In this document: in pieces, positions 18,979 to 27,727 of the stretch
Layout: each line of letters opens with the position of its first letter
Position numbering within the stretch: the first letter of the stretch is position 1
Assembly: GCA_043822065.1 (NCBI GenBank)
Contig: JBDRCC010000022.1
Span: 14,189-78,188, forward strand
Reading direction: 5' to 3'
Length of the DNA: 64,000 bases
Source: an archaeon
GTDB lineage: Archaea > Undinarchaeota > CAZHTU01 > JBDRCC01
Translations under genes and position numbers: made by a program
The notes under the pieces: generated by a model
Seen by the model: the letters and a program-made list of their open reading frames with translations, nothing else
Databases searched by the model: none
Told to the model about the DNA's origin: nothing

Positions 18979-20286
18979 ATGAAAGCCGTAGTAATCGGGG
19001 CTGGGGTTGCAGGGACGACTGCCGCGCTTGAACTTAAAAAGCTGGACCGGCGGTCAGAAGTGGTCCTGCTTGAAGCAACCAAATACCCGGAATACTCCCA
19101 CTGCGGAATGCCGTTTTCCCTTGAGGGCATGTTCCCGCCCGAGAGCCTTATCTCCCACCCGGCAGAGTTCTATAAACGTGCAGGGATAGACCTCCGGCTG
19201 AATGCAAAAGTCAAAAAAATAAAGCCGAAGGAGCGGAAAGTAATTCTTGAGGGCAAAGAAGAGGGTTATGACTACCTAATAATTGCCACTGGCGGAAAGG
19301 CGTTTGTCCCGCCAATTGAGGGAATTGACAAGGAAGGGGTAGCCGGCCTCAACGTAATGGACGAGCTCAAGGAGCTCTTGCGGCTTTCTAAGAAATCAAA
19401 GAGGGCGGTCGTCATAGGCGCCGGCCTCATCGGGCTTGAGACTGCAGTTGCGCTGGAGAGCCTTGGCATTGAAGTGACCGTCGTAGAGATGTTGAACCAG
19501 ATCATCCCGATAATCGACAAGGACATGGCAGAGTATGCCCAGCGCCACATGGAATCCAGAGGAGTAGAATTCAAGCTCGAGAAAAAAGTAGAGCGCATAC
19601 TCGGCAAGGGCAATGTTGAGGGCGTCATGGTTTCTGGGGAGAAAATTGGCTGTGACCTTGTCGTCCTTGCGACAGGCACGCTGGCGAACTCCGGCCTGGC
19701 GAAGGACGCAGGGCTTAAGGCTGGCCCGTTCGGAATAGAGGTTGACGAGTACCTGCGAACAAGCGATGAGAGGATATACGCCATCGGGGACAGTATCCAG
19801 GTAAAAGACTTTTTTTGCAGGAAGTCGTCGGCTGCGCGGCTGAGCAGCATTGCGCTTATCCAGGGAAGAGTCGCCGCGGCAAACATCGCCGGCAGAAAAA
19901 AGAGGTTCGACGGCGGGCTCAACTCCACTGTGACAAAGCTCTTCGACCTGGAAGTGGGGCGGGTTGGGCTTGATTCGAACCTGGCTGGATGCCTTGGGGT
20001 TGAGGTGCAGAGCTCAAAATTCAAGGGCGCATCCAGGATTGAGTATTACCCTGATAAAAAGGACGTGGTTGTAAAGATAATATTCGACAAAAGAGGGAAA
20101 GTGCTTGGGTTCCAGTCGGTCGGGCCGGACTCGTTTGGAAGGGTTGCGGCGCTGGCAATCGGCATACAAAAGGGTGTGACGCTTGAGGACCTGACAAAAG
20201 TGGAGTTCCCCTTCGCCCCGCCAATTTCGCCGGCAATCGAGCCTATCCACGTCGCCGCCGAGCTCGGGCTCAGGAGGCTGAAATGA
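18979..20286 (+). CDS. NADH oxidase / CoA-disulfide reductase family flavoprotein
   Basis: GAGVAG, single redox Cys in YSHCGMPF, GAGLIGLE, IYAIGD and FAPPIS motifs. Confidence 0.9.
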   Translation: MKAVVIGAGVAGTTAALELKKLDRRSEVVLLEATKYPEYSHCGMPFSLEGMFPPESLISHPAEFYKRAGIDLRLNAKVKKIKPKERKVILEGKEEGYDYLIIATGGKAFVPPIEGIDKEGVAGLNVMDELKELLRLSKKSKRAVVIGAGLIGLETAVALESLGIEVTVVEMLNQIIPIIDKDMAEYAQRHMESRGVEFKLEKKVERILGKGNVEGVMVSGEKIGCDLVVLATGTLANSGLAKDAGLKAGPFGIEVDEYLRTSDERIYAIGDSIQVKDFFCRKSSAARLSSIALIQGRVAAANIAGRKKRFDGGLNSTVTKLFDLEVGRVGLDSNLAGCLGVEVQSSKFKGASRIEYYPDKKDVVVKIIFDKRGKVLGFQSVGPDSFGRVAALAIGIQKGVTLEDLTKVEFPFAPPISPAIEPIHVAAELGLRRLK

Positions 20287-21128
20287 CTGCAAAGCTGATG
20301 GATGGGAAGGCGGCTGCGCAGGAGGTAGTCGACGCGCTGAAAAAGGAGGTATCCAGCTTCACTAAAAAGCCAGGGCTTGCGCTTATTCTCGTCGGAGACG
20401 ACCCGGCGTCGAAGATTTATACTGCCAGCAAGGAGAAGCGCTGTGCAGAGATAGGCATCAGGTCGGAGATGAACCGCCTGCCGGAGAAGACGAGCCAGAG
20501 GGAGCTCATTTCGCTGATTGAGAAGCTGAACAAAGACAACAGCATCCACGGGATAATCGTCCAGCTTCCCCTGCCAAAGCACCTTGACCCGGCCGAAGCT
20601 GCAGCCAAGATAAGCCAGGACAAGGATGTCGACGGGATTTCCCCTGCAAATATGGGGCGGCTTTTGAGGGGGGAAGACTGCCTTGTGCCGTGCACCCCGC
20701 AGGGCATAATGTACCTGCTGAAAAAGTATGGGGTTGAGATAAACGGCAAACGGGCGTCAATCGTCGGGAGGTCAAACATCGTAGGCAAACCGGTTTCAGT
20801 CCTTCTGCTCAACGAGCACGCAACAGTAACCATATGCCATTCGAGGACGGCAGACCTTTGCGCAGAGACAAAAAAGGCTGACATCCTCGTCGCCGCGGTT
20901 GGGAAAGCAAGGATGATTAAGGCAGACATGGTCAAGAAAGGGGCGGCAGTCATCGACGTCGGCATGAACCGGACCGCAGACGGCCTCGCGGGTGATGTGG
21001 ATTTTGACTCAGTGAGCAAAATCGCAGGCTGGATAACGCCAGTGCCGGGCGGGGTGGGCTTGATGACTGTTGCTATGCTCATGAAAAACACGGTTGAAGC
21101 CTACAAGAGGCTGGAGGGCTTGAAATGA
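20283..21128 (+). CDS. folD: Methylene-THF dehydrogenase/cyclohydrolase
   Basis: IVQLPLP, KDVDG, PCTPQG, GRSNIVGKP and TPVPGGVG motifs. Confidence 0.97.
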   Translation: MTAKLMDGKAAAQEVVDALKKEVSSFTKKPGLALILVGDDPASKIYTASKEKRCAEIGIRSEMNRLPEKTSQRELISLIEKLNKDNSIHGIIVQLPLPKHLDPAEAAAKISQDKDVDGISPANMGRLLRGEDCLVPCTPQGIMYLLKKYGVEINGKRASIVGRSNIVGKPVSVLLLNEHATVTICHSRTADLCAETKKADILVAAVGKARMIKADMVKKGAAVIDVGMNRTADGLAGDVDFDSVSKIAGWITPVPGGVGLMTVAMLMKNTVEAYKRLEGLK

Positions 21129-21739
21129 CAAACATTGCAGTTCTTGTTTCCGGCCGCGGCTCAAACCTGCAGGCGCTGATTGACCGGGCTGAGTCGGGAT
21201 ACATCCCTGGCAAAATCACAGTCGTCATTTCCAACAAGAAAGATGCCTACGGGCTCGAGAGGGCGCGAAAGCATGGAATCCCAGCGGAGTATGTCCATAT
21301 GGAACCAGGCGAAGCGCGCGAGGAATATGACAAAAAAATAATTACGGTTCTTGAAAAATACAAGGTGGACCTCGTGTGCCTCGCAGGCTACATGTTCATT
21401 GTCAGCCCGCAATTCGTCAAGAGATACAAGTACTGCATGATGAATGTCCACCCGGCTTTGCTTCCGGCATTTGCAGGCGGGACGCACGCCCAGAAAGAGG
21501 CGATTGACTGGGGCGTCAAGGTCGCAGGATGCACGGTCCATTTCGTCACAGACGAGGTTGACGGAGGGCCGATAATAGTCCAAAAGACGGTCCCTGTGCT
21601 TGAGAACGATAATATTGAAACGATCTCAAGAAGGATTCTCAGGCAGGAGCACAGGGCGTATTCGGAAGCAGTCAGGCTCTTCTGCGAGGGGAGACTCAAA
21701 GTGGAGGGCAGAAAAGTGAAGGTGCTCCCTGAGAAATGA
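21125..21739 (+). CDS. purN: Phosphoribosylglycinamide formyltransferase
   Basis: SGRGSNLQA, LAGYM, NVHPALLP and GCTVHFV..EVDGGPII motifs. Confidence 0.97.
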   Translation: MTNIAVLVSGRGSNLQALIDRAESGYIPGKITVVISNKKDAYGLERARKHGIPAEYVHMEPGEAREEYDKKIITVLEKYKVDLVCLAGYMFIVSPQFVKRYKYCMMNVHPALLPAFAGGTHAQKEAIDWGVKVAGCTVHFVTDEVDGGPIIVQKTVPVLENDNIETISRRILRQEHRAYSEAVRLFCEGRLKVEGRKVKVLPEK

Positions 21740-21767
21740 TTTAAAATGGAGGGGGATTAGTTTGGCT

Positions 21768-22493
21768 ATGAAACCTAAGATGTTAGACGCTCTAAAGCTG
21801 GAGCCGGCGGAAAAGCTGACTGTACTGATTGGGCTTTTTATTGCATCGCTTGTTGCTGCAAACCTCCTTGGAAACAAGATAAGCGTCCTTGCCGGGATAA
21901 GCGTCTCAGTCGGCATATTCGCGTACCCGATAACGTTCCTTATTGCGAACATATTCGGGGAAGTTGACGGGCCAAGAATCCCCAGAATGCTTGTTGTAAG
22001 CGGCATCGTCTCGATAATTGCAGTTTTGGTGCTCACGTCAGTCTCGATTGCCCTGCCGCCAGCGGCGCGGTTCACCTACAACGACGCATACGTGCAGGTG
22101 TTTTCCTCGACCCGCAGGATAATGGTCGGGAGCCTCGTAGCATTTGCATTCGCGCAGATGCTCAACATCCGGCTCTTCGACGCGCTCAAGGGGCGCCTAT
22201 CCGGCAAGCATGCATGGCTTAGGTACAACGCAGCAGTCACAACGAGCCAGTTTTTCGACACTGCAGTATTCTACTTCATTGCGTTCTACAAATTGACGCC
22301 AACGTTCACGGGGCCATTCGTTATTTCACTCATATTCCCCTACTGGTTCATGAAGTGCGCCTTCTCGCTCCTCAGCACGCCGGTTTTCTACGGCGGCGTG
22401 AAATGGTTCAAGAAAGGCGCAAAGCCAGGGCTTCCGCCCATGGCAATCCCAGTTTCGGCGCCTCAGCCTGCGGCCCACAGGAAAAAAAGGTAA
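21768..22493 (+). CDS. YhhQ/VUT family (preQ0/preQ1 precursor) transporter
   Basis: ANLLGNK, YPITFLIANIFGEV.G, GSL.AF..AQ and WLR......SQFFDT motifs; multiple TMs. Confidence 0.85.
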   Translation: MKPKMLDALKLEPAEKLTVLIGLFIASLVAANLLGNKISVLAGISVSVGIFAYPITFLIANIFGEVDGPRIPRMLVVSGIVSIIAVLVLTSVSIALPPAARFTYNDAYVQVFSSTRRIMVGSLVAFAFAQMLNIRLFDALKGRLSGKHAWLRYNAAVTTSQFFDTAVFYFIAFYKLTPTFTGPFVISLIFPYWFMKCAFSLLSTPVFYGGVKWFKKGAKPGLPPMAIPVSAPQPAAHRKKR

Positions 22494-22829
22494 TCAGCCG
22501 AGGAGCTTTTCAATCCGCGCTGCGAACTCAGGGCACCCATGGACATTGTTGCGGAGGCTCCCGACTGCGCGGCGGTACTGGGCTACCGTTCCCAGGAGGA
22601 GGACATCCGTCTGCTTGACTTTGCAGGTCACAGTCCCGGCTGCGACTGCAGCGTCTCCGCCGGCAGAAAGCATTGTCTGCTTCAATATGTTTGCGGACCC
22701 AGCTGGAACTTTTTCAATCAGAATAAGCCGGAATTTTGCCTTTGGGAGCATTATTTCAATGCCCTCCCTCTGGCTTCCGAGGTCCCGCATCGCCTTTTCA
22801 GCATCGATTTCAGGTATCCGCCTGTCCAT
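22494..22829 (-). CDS. Stand-alone domain resembling the N-terminal extension of some dihydropteroate synthases
   Basis: ANILKQTMLSAGGDAAV...TDVLLLGT pattern; immediately downstream of folC. Confidence 0.65.
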   Translation of the reverse strand: MDRRIPEIDAEKAMRDLGSQREGIEIMLPKAKFRLILIEKVPAGSANILKQTMLSAGGDAAVAAGTVTCKVKQTDVLLLGTVAQYRRAVGSLRNNVHGCPEFAARIEKLLG

Positions 22830-22849
22830 GCTCTGAGAACCCCTGCTGC

Positions 22850-24097
22850 TTATTTAGGAGTTTCGAAGGAAACCACTTTACGCCACCTCTGCCGCGCCTC
22901 GCCGGCAAGGAAAATTGAGCCGGTTATTACAACTATTGAATCTGAATCTGCCTCCTTGAGGGCAGAGTCGACTGCCTTGCTGAGCGGTGTGCGTATTGCA
23001 AAGTTTCCGCTTGCGTAACTAACCATTTTTTCTGGGTCTGCAGACCTCGGCTTCGAATATTTGGTCAAGATTATTTTTGAGGCGGATTTGGATATCCGTC
23101 CGAGCATGGCGCGTATGTCCTTGTCCTTTGATGCACCAAAGACAAATATTTTTCTTTTTCTGATTGAGTCGAGTGTGCTGCAGAGCGCGTCTACGCCGGC
23201 AGGGTTGTGGTCGGCGGACAGAATGACAATCGGGCGTGTTTGCATGACCTCGAACCGCCCCGGCCAAAAGGAGTTAGAAATTCCTCTGACAATATGCTCC
23301 TGTTTTATTCCAAGCACCTCTGCTGCAGAAACTGCAACCGCTGCATTTTTCCTCTGGAAGCCGCCAAGCATCTTTGTCTCGAGGCTGTAGCCGTTTATCC
23401 TGAAAGCCTGGCGTTTGAAGTCTGAAGAGATTGGAGCTATCCCGCGGCTCGACGCCCGGATTAGCCTGCAGTTCTTCACCTTGCACACGTTGGAAAGGTA
23501 CTGGACGACCTCCTGCTTGTCAGAGCCGGTAACGAGCACCTTGCCCTGCCGGATTATGCCTGCCTTCTCCTTTGCTATTTCTAGAACCGTGCTGCCAAGT
23601 ACCTTCGTGTGGTCTAAGTCGACGTTAGTTATTATCGACAGCTCAGGCTCTGCGACATTGGTCGCATCATATCTTCCGCCAAGACCAACTTCTATAACAG
23701 CGTAATCAACGTTCTTTTCTAAGAAGTACAGAAAAGCCGCGGCAGTTAAGACTTCAAAGTGGGTTGCGCCGTATTTTTCCTGAAGCGGCCTGATTCTCGA
23801 AATGAGCCGCGCAAGGTCCCGCCCGGGTATCTTAGTTTTGTCAACGAGGATGCGCTCGCGGTCGTCACTCAGAGGAGGGGAGGTGTATGTCCCCACCTTT
23901 AGTCCGGATTCCAAGAGGATAGAGCTTAGCATCATCGAGACTGAACCCTTGCCGTTTGTGCCGCCAACTATCACGGTCTTGCATTTGAGCTGGGGGCTGC
24001 CAAGCTCCGCGCATATTTGTCGGATTCGCCCGAGCCCGAGGTGGGAGCCGAACTGCTCAAGCCCCTCAAGGTATGCTTTAGTCTCAGCGAGATTCAT
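22850..24097 (-). CDS. folC: Folylpolyglutamate synthase / dihydrofolate synthase
   Basis: GTNGKGS, YTSP, EVGLGGRYDATN, DH...LG and WPGRFE motifs. Confidence 0.95.
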   Translation of the reverse strand: MNLAETKAYLEGLEQFGSHLGLGRIRQICAELGSPQLKCKTVIVGGTNGKGSVSMMLSSILLESGLKVGTYTSPPLSDDRERILVDKTKIPGRDLARLISRIRPLQEKYGATHFEVLTAAAFLYFLEKNVDYAVIEVGLGGRYDATNVAEPELSIITNVDLDHTKVLGSTVLEIAKEKAGIIRQGKVLVTGSDKQEVVQYLSNVCKVKNCRLIRASSRGIAPISSDFKRQAFRINGYSLETKMLGGFQRKNAAVAVSAAEVLGIKQEHIVRGISNSFWPGRFEVMQTRPIVILSADHNPAGVDALCSTLDSIRKRKIFVFGASKDKDIRAMLGRISKSASKIILTKYSKPRSADPEKMVSYASGNFAIRTPLSKAVDSALKEADSDSIVVITGSIFLAGEARQRWRKVVSFETPK

Positions 24098-24205
24098 TAA
24101 AACCCCAAAATCAAGCCTCCGAACGCCCCGCGATTTAAATTAGTTGCCTTTTTCAAAAAAGAAACATTTATATCCAGTTCTGCAAATATCTTAGTGGTGG
24201 TGCAC

Positions 24206-24430
24206 ATGACGGAAGTATCGTGCCCAGATTGTCAAAACAAAATTAAGATAGACAAAGAACTGTCTGAAGAGCCAACGGACATCTCCTGCCCAGAGTGCCT
24301 TTCAGACCTTAGGGTTACCAAGAACGGAGACGACGTTACCGTCCGCTCGATAGAGGAGGCTGAGCTCCTCGGCGTAGTAAAGAAAGACGAAAGCAAGTAC
24401 TCAGATTCTGCGTTCGGCCAGTATGACTAA
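24206..24430 (+). CDS. LysW-like zinc-ribbon small protein
   Basis: CPDC..CPEC.S.L.V pattern, acidic tail; GGTGGTG SD before ATG 24206. Confidence 0.65.
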   Translation: MTEVSCPDCQNKIKIDKELSEEPTDISCPECLSDLRVTKNGDDVTVRSIEEAELLGVVKKDESKYSDSAFGQYD

Positions 24431-25359
24431 ATCCCGTGCTTGAATGCGCGTATGCCTGTGAATGCAAGGGCTATGCCCTTCAGGTCTGCGGCTTTTATGA
24501 CTTCCTCGTCCCGCTTAGAGCCACCCGGCTCGATTGCCGCAGTCACCCCGATTTTTGCGGCTTCGCCGATGCTGTCTGCAAACGGGAAGAACCCGTCTGA
24601 CGCGAGGACTGGGTGTTTTACGCCTTTTTCCTTGGCTTTCTGGATTGTTATCCTGACTGAGTCCACGCGGTTCGGCTGTCCGGTGCCTATTCCGACAGTC
24701 ACCTGATCCTTTGCCAGGACGATGCCGTTCGACTTGACGTGTTTGACCACTTTCCAGGCAAAGAGCAGGTCCTCGAACTGGGCCGCGGTCGGCTTTTTTG
24801 CCGTGACTATTTTCAGCCCAGCCTTTGTGACTTTTTTCGTATCGTGCTGCTGGACAAGGTAGAATTTCCCAACCTTGACAACGTCAGGCTGCCTGAAGTC
24901 AAGAAGAGAAGTCTTTACGACCCGGAGGTCGGGCTTCGTCCGGAGGACTTTGAGCGCGTCTGGCGAGTAGGATGGGGCTATGATGACTTCTTTGAAGGAT
25001 TTCACAATCTCTTTTGCGGTCTTTTGGTCAACCTGCCGGTTTGCCGCGACAATGCCGCCGAATGCAGAGATGGGATCCGCCTCAAGGGCGCGCTTGTATG
25101 CGGTTGATATGTCCTTCGCAACAGCAACCCCGCATGGCAGCTGGTGCTTTATTATTGCAACAGCCGGCTTGGAGAATTCATAGACGAGCTCCTCGGCACA
25201 GGCTGCGTCGAAGATGTTGTTGTAGGAGAGCTCCTTGCCCTGGTACTGCTTTATTTTGCCGCCGGAGGAATAGACTGCAGCAGGCTGGTGCGGGTTCTCG
25301 CCGTAGCGTGGAGTCATGACTTTTTTCAGCTTCAGCTTGAATTCGCGCGGAAATGCCAT
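24427..25359 (-). CDS. purH: AICAR formyltransferase (PurH C-terminal domain only)
   Basis: RYGENPHQ, GKELSYNN, SAFGGIVA, KHVKSN and ASDGFFPFAD motifs; IMP cyclohydrolase domain absent. Confidence 0.92.
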   Translation of the reverse strand: MAFPREFKLKLKKVMTPRYGENPHQPAAVYSSGGKIKQYQGKELSYNNIFDAACAEELVYEFSKPAVAIIKHQLPCGVAVAKDISTAYKRALEADPISAFGGIVAANRQVDQKTAKEIVKSFKEVIIAPSYSPDALKVLRTKPDLRVVKTSLLDFRQPDVVKVGKFYLVQQHDTKKVTKAGLKIVTAKKPTAAQFEDLLFAWKVVKHVKSNGIVLAKDQVTVGIGTGQPNRVDSVRITIQKAKEKGVKHPVLASDGFFPFADSIGEAAKIGVTAAIEPGGSKRDEEVIKAADLKGIALAFTGIRAFKHGI

Positions 25360-25469
25360 GGATAAACATACGTAGGGGGCGTTAAATAGATTTTCGGGCA
25401 AGCATAAATTTTTTAAATAGGGAGTTCATTCATACACAATCTTGGTTTTTAGGGATGTGGGCACAATAG

Positions 25470-26858
25470 ATGGGTAAAGACCTTCCGTCGAAGTACATAA
25501 AGCCCAGGTGGCCGTTTCTCCAGTGCGACAAGAGGGGCTACATGGTCATCGATGGAGTCCCCATACGCGACATCATAAAAAAGCACGGCACGCCAATTTA
25601 CGTAATGGTCGAGAGCGAGATACGGCGCAGGATGCAGATGTTCAAGCACGGAATTCCTTACCCGAAGGTAAAGATACAGTACGCAAGCAAGTGCAACTCC
25701 AACCTTGAGATACTGAGGATAGCAAAGGAGGAGGGGCTTGAGCAGGACGCGAGCAGCACTGGCGAGATAATCCTTGGGCTTATGGCCGGGTTCAAGCCGG
25801 AGCAGATAAACTACACTAACCTGTACAAGACGGAGCAGGATGTCCTTTTTGCTGCGAAAATAGGCGTCAATTCAGTTTCTGCAGACTCGGTAGAGGAGCT
25901 TCGGATGATTGCAAAGGTCTGCAAGAGCATAAAGCACCACATAAAAATCGCACTGCGGATAAACCCGATGATTGACGTCGGGAGCTACACATCGCGGAAG
26001 CTGAAGTACGGCATTCCGCACCACTACGCCAAGAGGGCGATAGACTTTGTGAAAAAAAGCCCGTACATGCAGCTTGTCGGCCTGCACTTCCACGGAGGAT
26101 ACATCTCCAACCCAAAGATTTACGAGGAGGCGGCGAAAAAGCTGCTCAACCTGGCAAAGTACTGTGAAAGCATAGGTGTAAAGCTGAAGTTCATAGACCT
26201 TGGCGGGGGGTTCCCGATAAAGCACACGAACCGGGAAGTATTCACAGTGCAGGACTTCGGGCCAAAGTTTGCGGAGTTCTTCAGGAAGCAGCTAGAGGTG
26301 ATGGGGCTGCCGATGTACACGCTCATCTTCGAGCCGGGAAAGGCGATTGTAGGGAACGCAGGAATCGGGCTTACGACTGTTGTGAGCAGCAAGAGGGTCT
26401 CGCGGAGGAATTTCCTTGTGGTAGACGCGTCAACTTACGCCTTCGTCCCGGACCCGCTGATATGCGACTGGTATTATGAAATACTGCCTGCAAGCGACCT
26501 GAAGCGGAGGAGGTCGACGGTCTATGACATAGGCGGCAGCACATGCGACGCATGGGACATAATAGGGACTAACAGGTGGCTGCCCACGATGTCTGCAGGG
26601 GAAAACCTCGCGATAATGGACTGCGGCGCGTACAGCTCGGTCCTTGCATCGAATTTCAACACGCTGAAGAAGGCGTCAATGGTCATGGTATGGAAGGATG
26701 GGACGTTCAGCCTGATACGGAGGCGGGACAGGTACTCTGAGATGTTTGCGCCTGAGCTTGACGTCCTGCGCGAGCCTAAGCCCAAGGAGCTGAAGAGCCT
26801 CTACAACACATACCGCGTAGATATACAAAAATTCTGGGGAAACAAGAAGAAAAAATGA
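25470..26858 (+). CDS. Fold-type III PLP amino-acid decarboxylase (LysA/ODC/ADC family)
   Basis: YASKCNSN, DASS.GE, IDLGGGF, FEPG, GSTCD and GAYS...SNFN motifs. Confidence 0.9.
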   Translation: MGKDLPSKYIKPRWPFLQCDKRGYMVIDGVPIRDIIKKHGTPIYVMVESEIRRRMQMFKHGIPYPKVKIQYASKCNSNLEILRIAKEEGLEQDASSTGEIILGLMAGFKPEQINYTNLYKTEQDVLFAAKIGVNSVSADSVEELRMIAKVCKSIKHHIKIALRINPMIDVGSYTSRKLKYGIPHHYAKRAIDFVKKSPYMQLVGLHFHGGYISNPKIYEEAAKKLLNLAKYCESIGVKLKFIDLGGGFPIKHTNREVFTVQDFGPKFAEFFRKQLEVMGLPMYTLIFEPGKAIVGNAGIGLTTVVSSKRVSRRNFLVVDASTYAFVPDPLICDWYYEILPASDLKRRRSTVYDIGGSTCDAWDIIGTNRWLPTMSAGENLAIMDCGAYSSVLASNFNTLKKASMVMVWKDGTFSLIRRRDRYSEMFAPELDVLREPKPKELKSLYNTYRVDIQKFWGNKKKK

Positions 26859-27727
26859 CCTATCTGCCGCGCTATAATTTTGGGATGCTGCCGGAGGAGT
26901 ACTCCAACTACAAGGACTCGCGAGTGGTCATACTGCCGGTGCCGTACGGCGCTACTGTTTCTTACATGGCGGGAACGCACTTGGGGCCGGACGCCGTAAT
27001 AAAGGCTTCCCAGAACATGGAGTTGTATGACCGGAAACTTGGCAGCATTTTCGAATGCGGGATACACACCCTCCCCAGCCTTGAGCCAGTCATCGACCCG
27101 GAGGAGATGGTAAACCAGGTTGAGGTGGCGTGCACTGAGCACCTTAAGAAGGGAAAATTCGTCGCCATGATTGGCGGGGAGCACTCGCTTACAACCGGAG
27201 CCGTTCGGGCGGCAAAAACAGAATACAGAGATTTGTCAGTACTCCAGCTTGACGCGCACGCAGACCTGCGGGAGGAGTACGAGGGCACAAAGTACAACCA
27301 CGCCTGCGTCATGAACTGCGTCTCTGAAATATGCGATTTTGCAGGCGTCGGGATACGAAGCCTTTCGGAAGAGGAAGGCGAGCTTATCAAAGCCAAAGGC
27401 TGCAAGGAGTATTACGCTGAGGACATTGCAAAGAGGGCTGGCGCAATGGACAACGCGATAGAAAGCCTCTCGAACGATGTCTACGTCACAATCGACCTCG
27501 ACGCGTTCGACCCGTCAATAATGCCGGCTGTCGGCACGCCTGAGCCTGGCGGGCTCGGCTGGTACCAAACTCTGGACTTCCTCGAAAAAGTTTTTAAGAA
27601 AAAAAACGTTGTGGGGTTCGACATCGTAGAGCTTTGCCCGATTCCAGGAATCATCTTCCCAGATTTCACAGCGGCAAAGCTGGTTTACAAGCTCATAGGA
27701 TTCAAGGCAAGGGAGGGGTTCAAGTGA
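26855..27727 (+). CDS. speB: Agmatinase
   Basis: GGEHS, DAHADLR and DLDAFDPS..PAVGTPEPGG motifs. Confidence 0.93.
   Translation: MTYLPRYNFGMLPEEYSNYKDSRVVILPVPYGATVSYMAGTHLGPDAVIKASQNMELYDRKLGSIFECGIHTLPSLEPVIDPEEMVNQVEVACTEHLKKGKFVAMIGGEHSLTTGAVRAAKTEYRDLSVLQLDAHADLREEYEGTKYNHACVMNCVSEICDFAGVGIRSLSEEEGELIKAKGCKEYYAEDIAKRAGAMDNAIESLSNDVYVTIDLDAFDPSIMPAVGTPEPGGLGWYQTLDFLEKVFKKKNVVGFDIVELCPIPGIIFPDFTAAKLVYKLIGFKAREGFK

Noticed and set aside
18979-20286. Annotation as canonical dihydrolipoamide dehydrogenase
   Set aside because: Lacks the CxxxxC disulfide and the C-terminal HPTxxE motif
25470-26858. Gene symbol lysA
   Set aside because: CD rather than CE motif and speB coupling argue against DAP specificity
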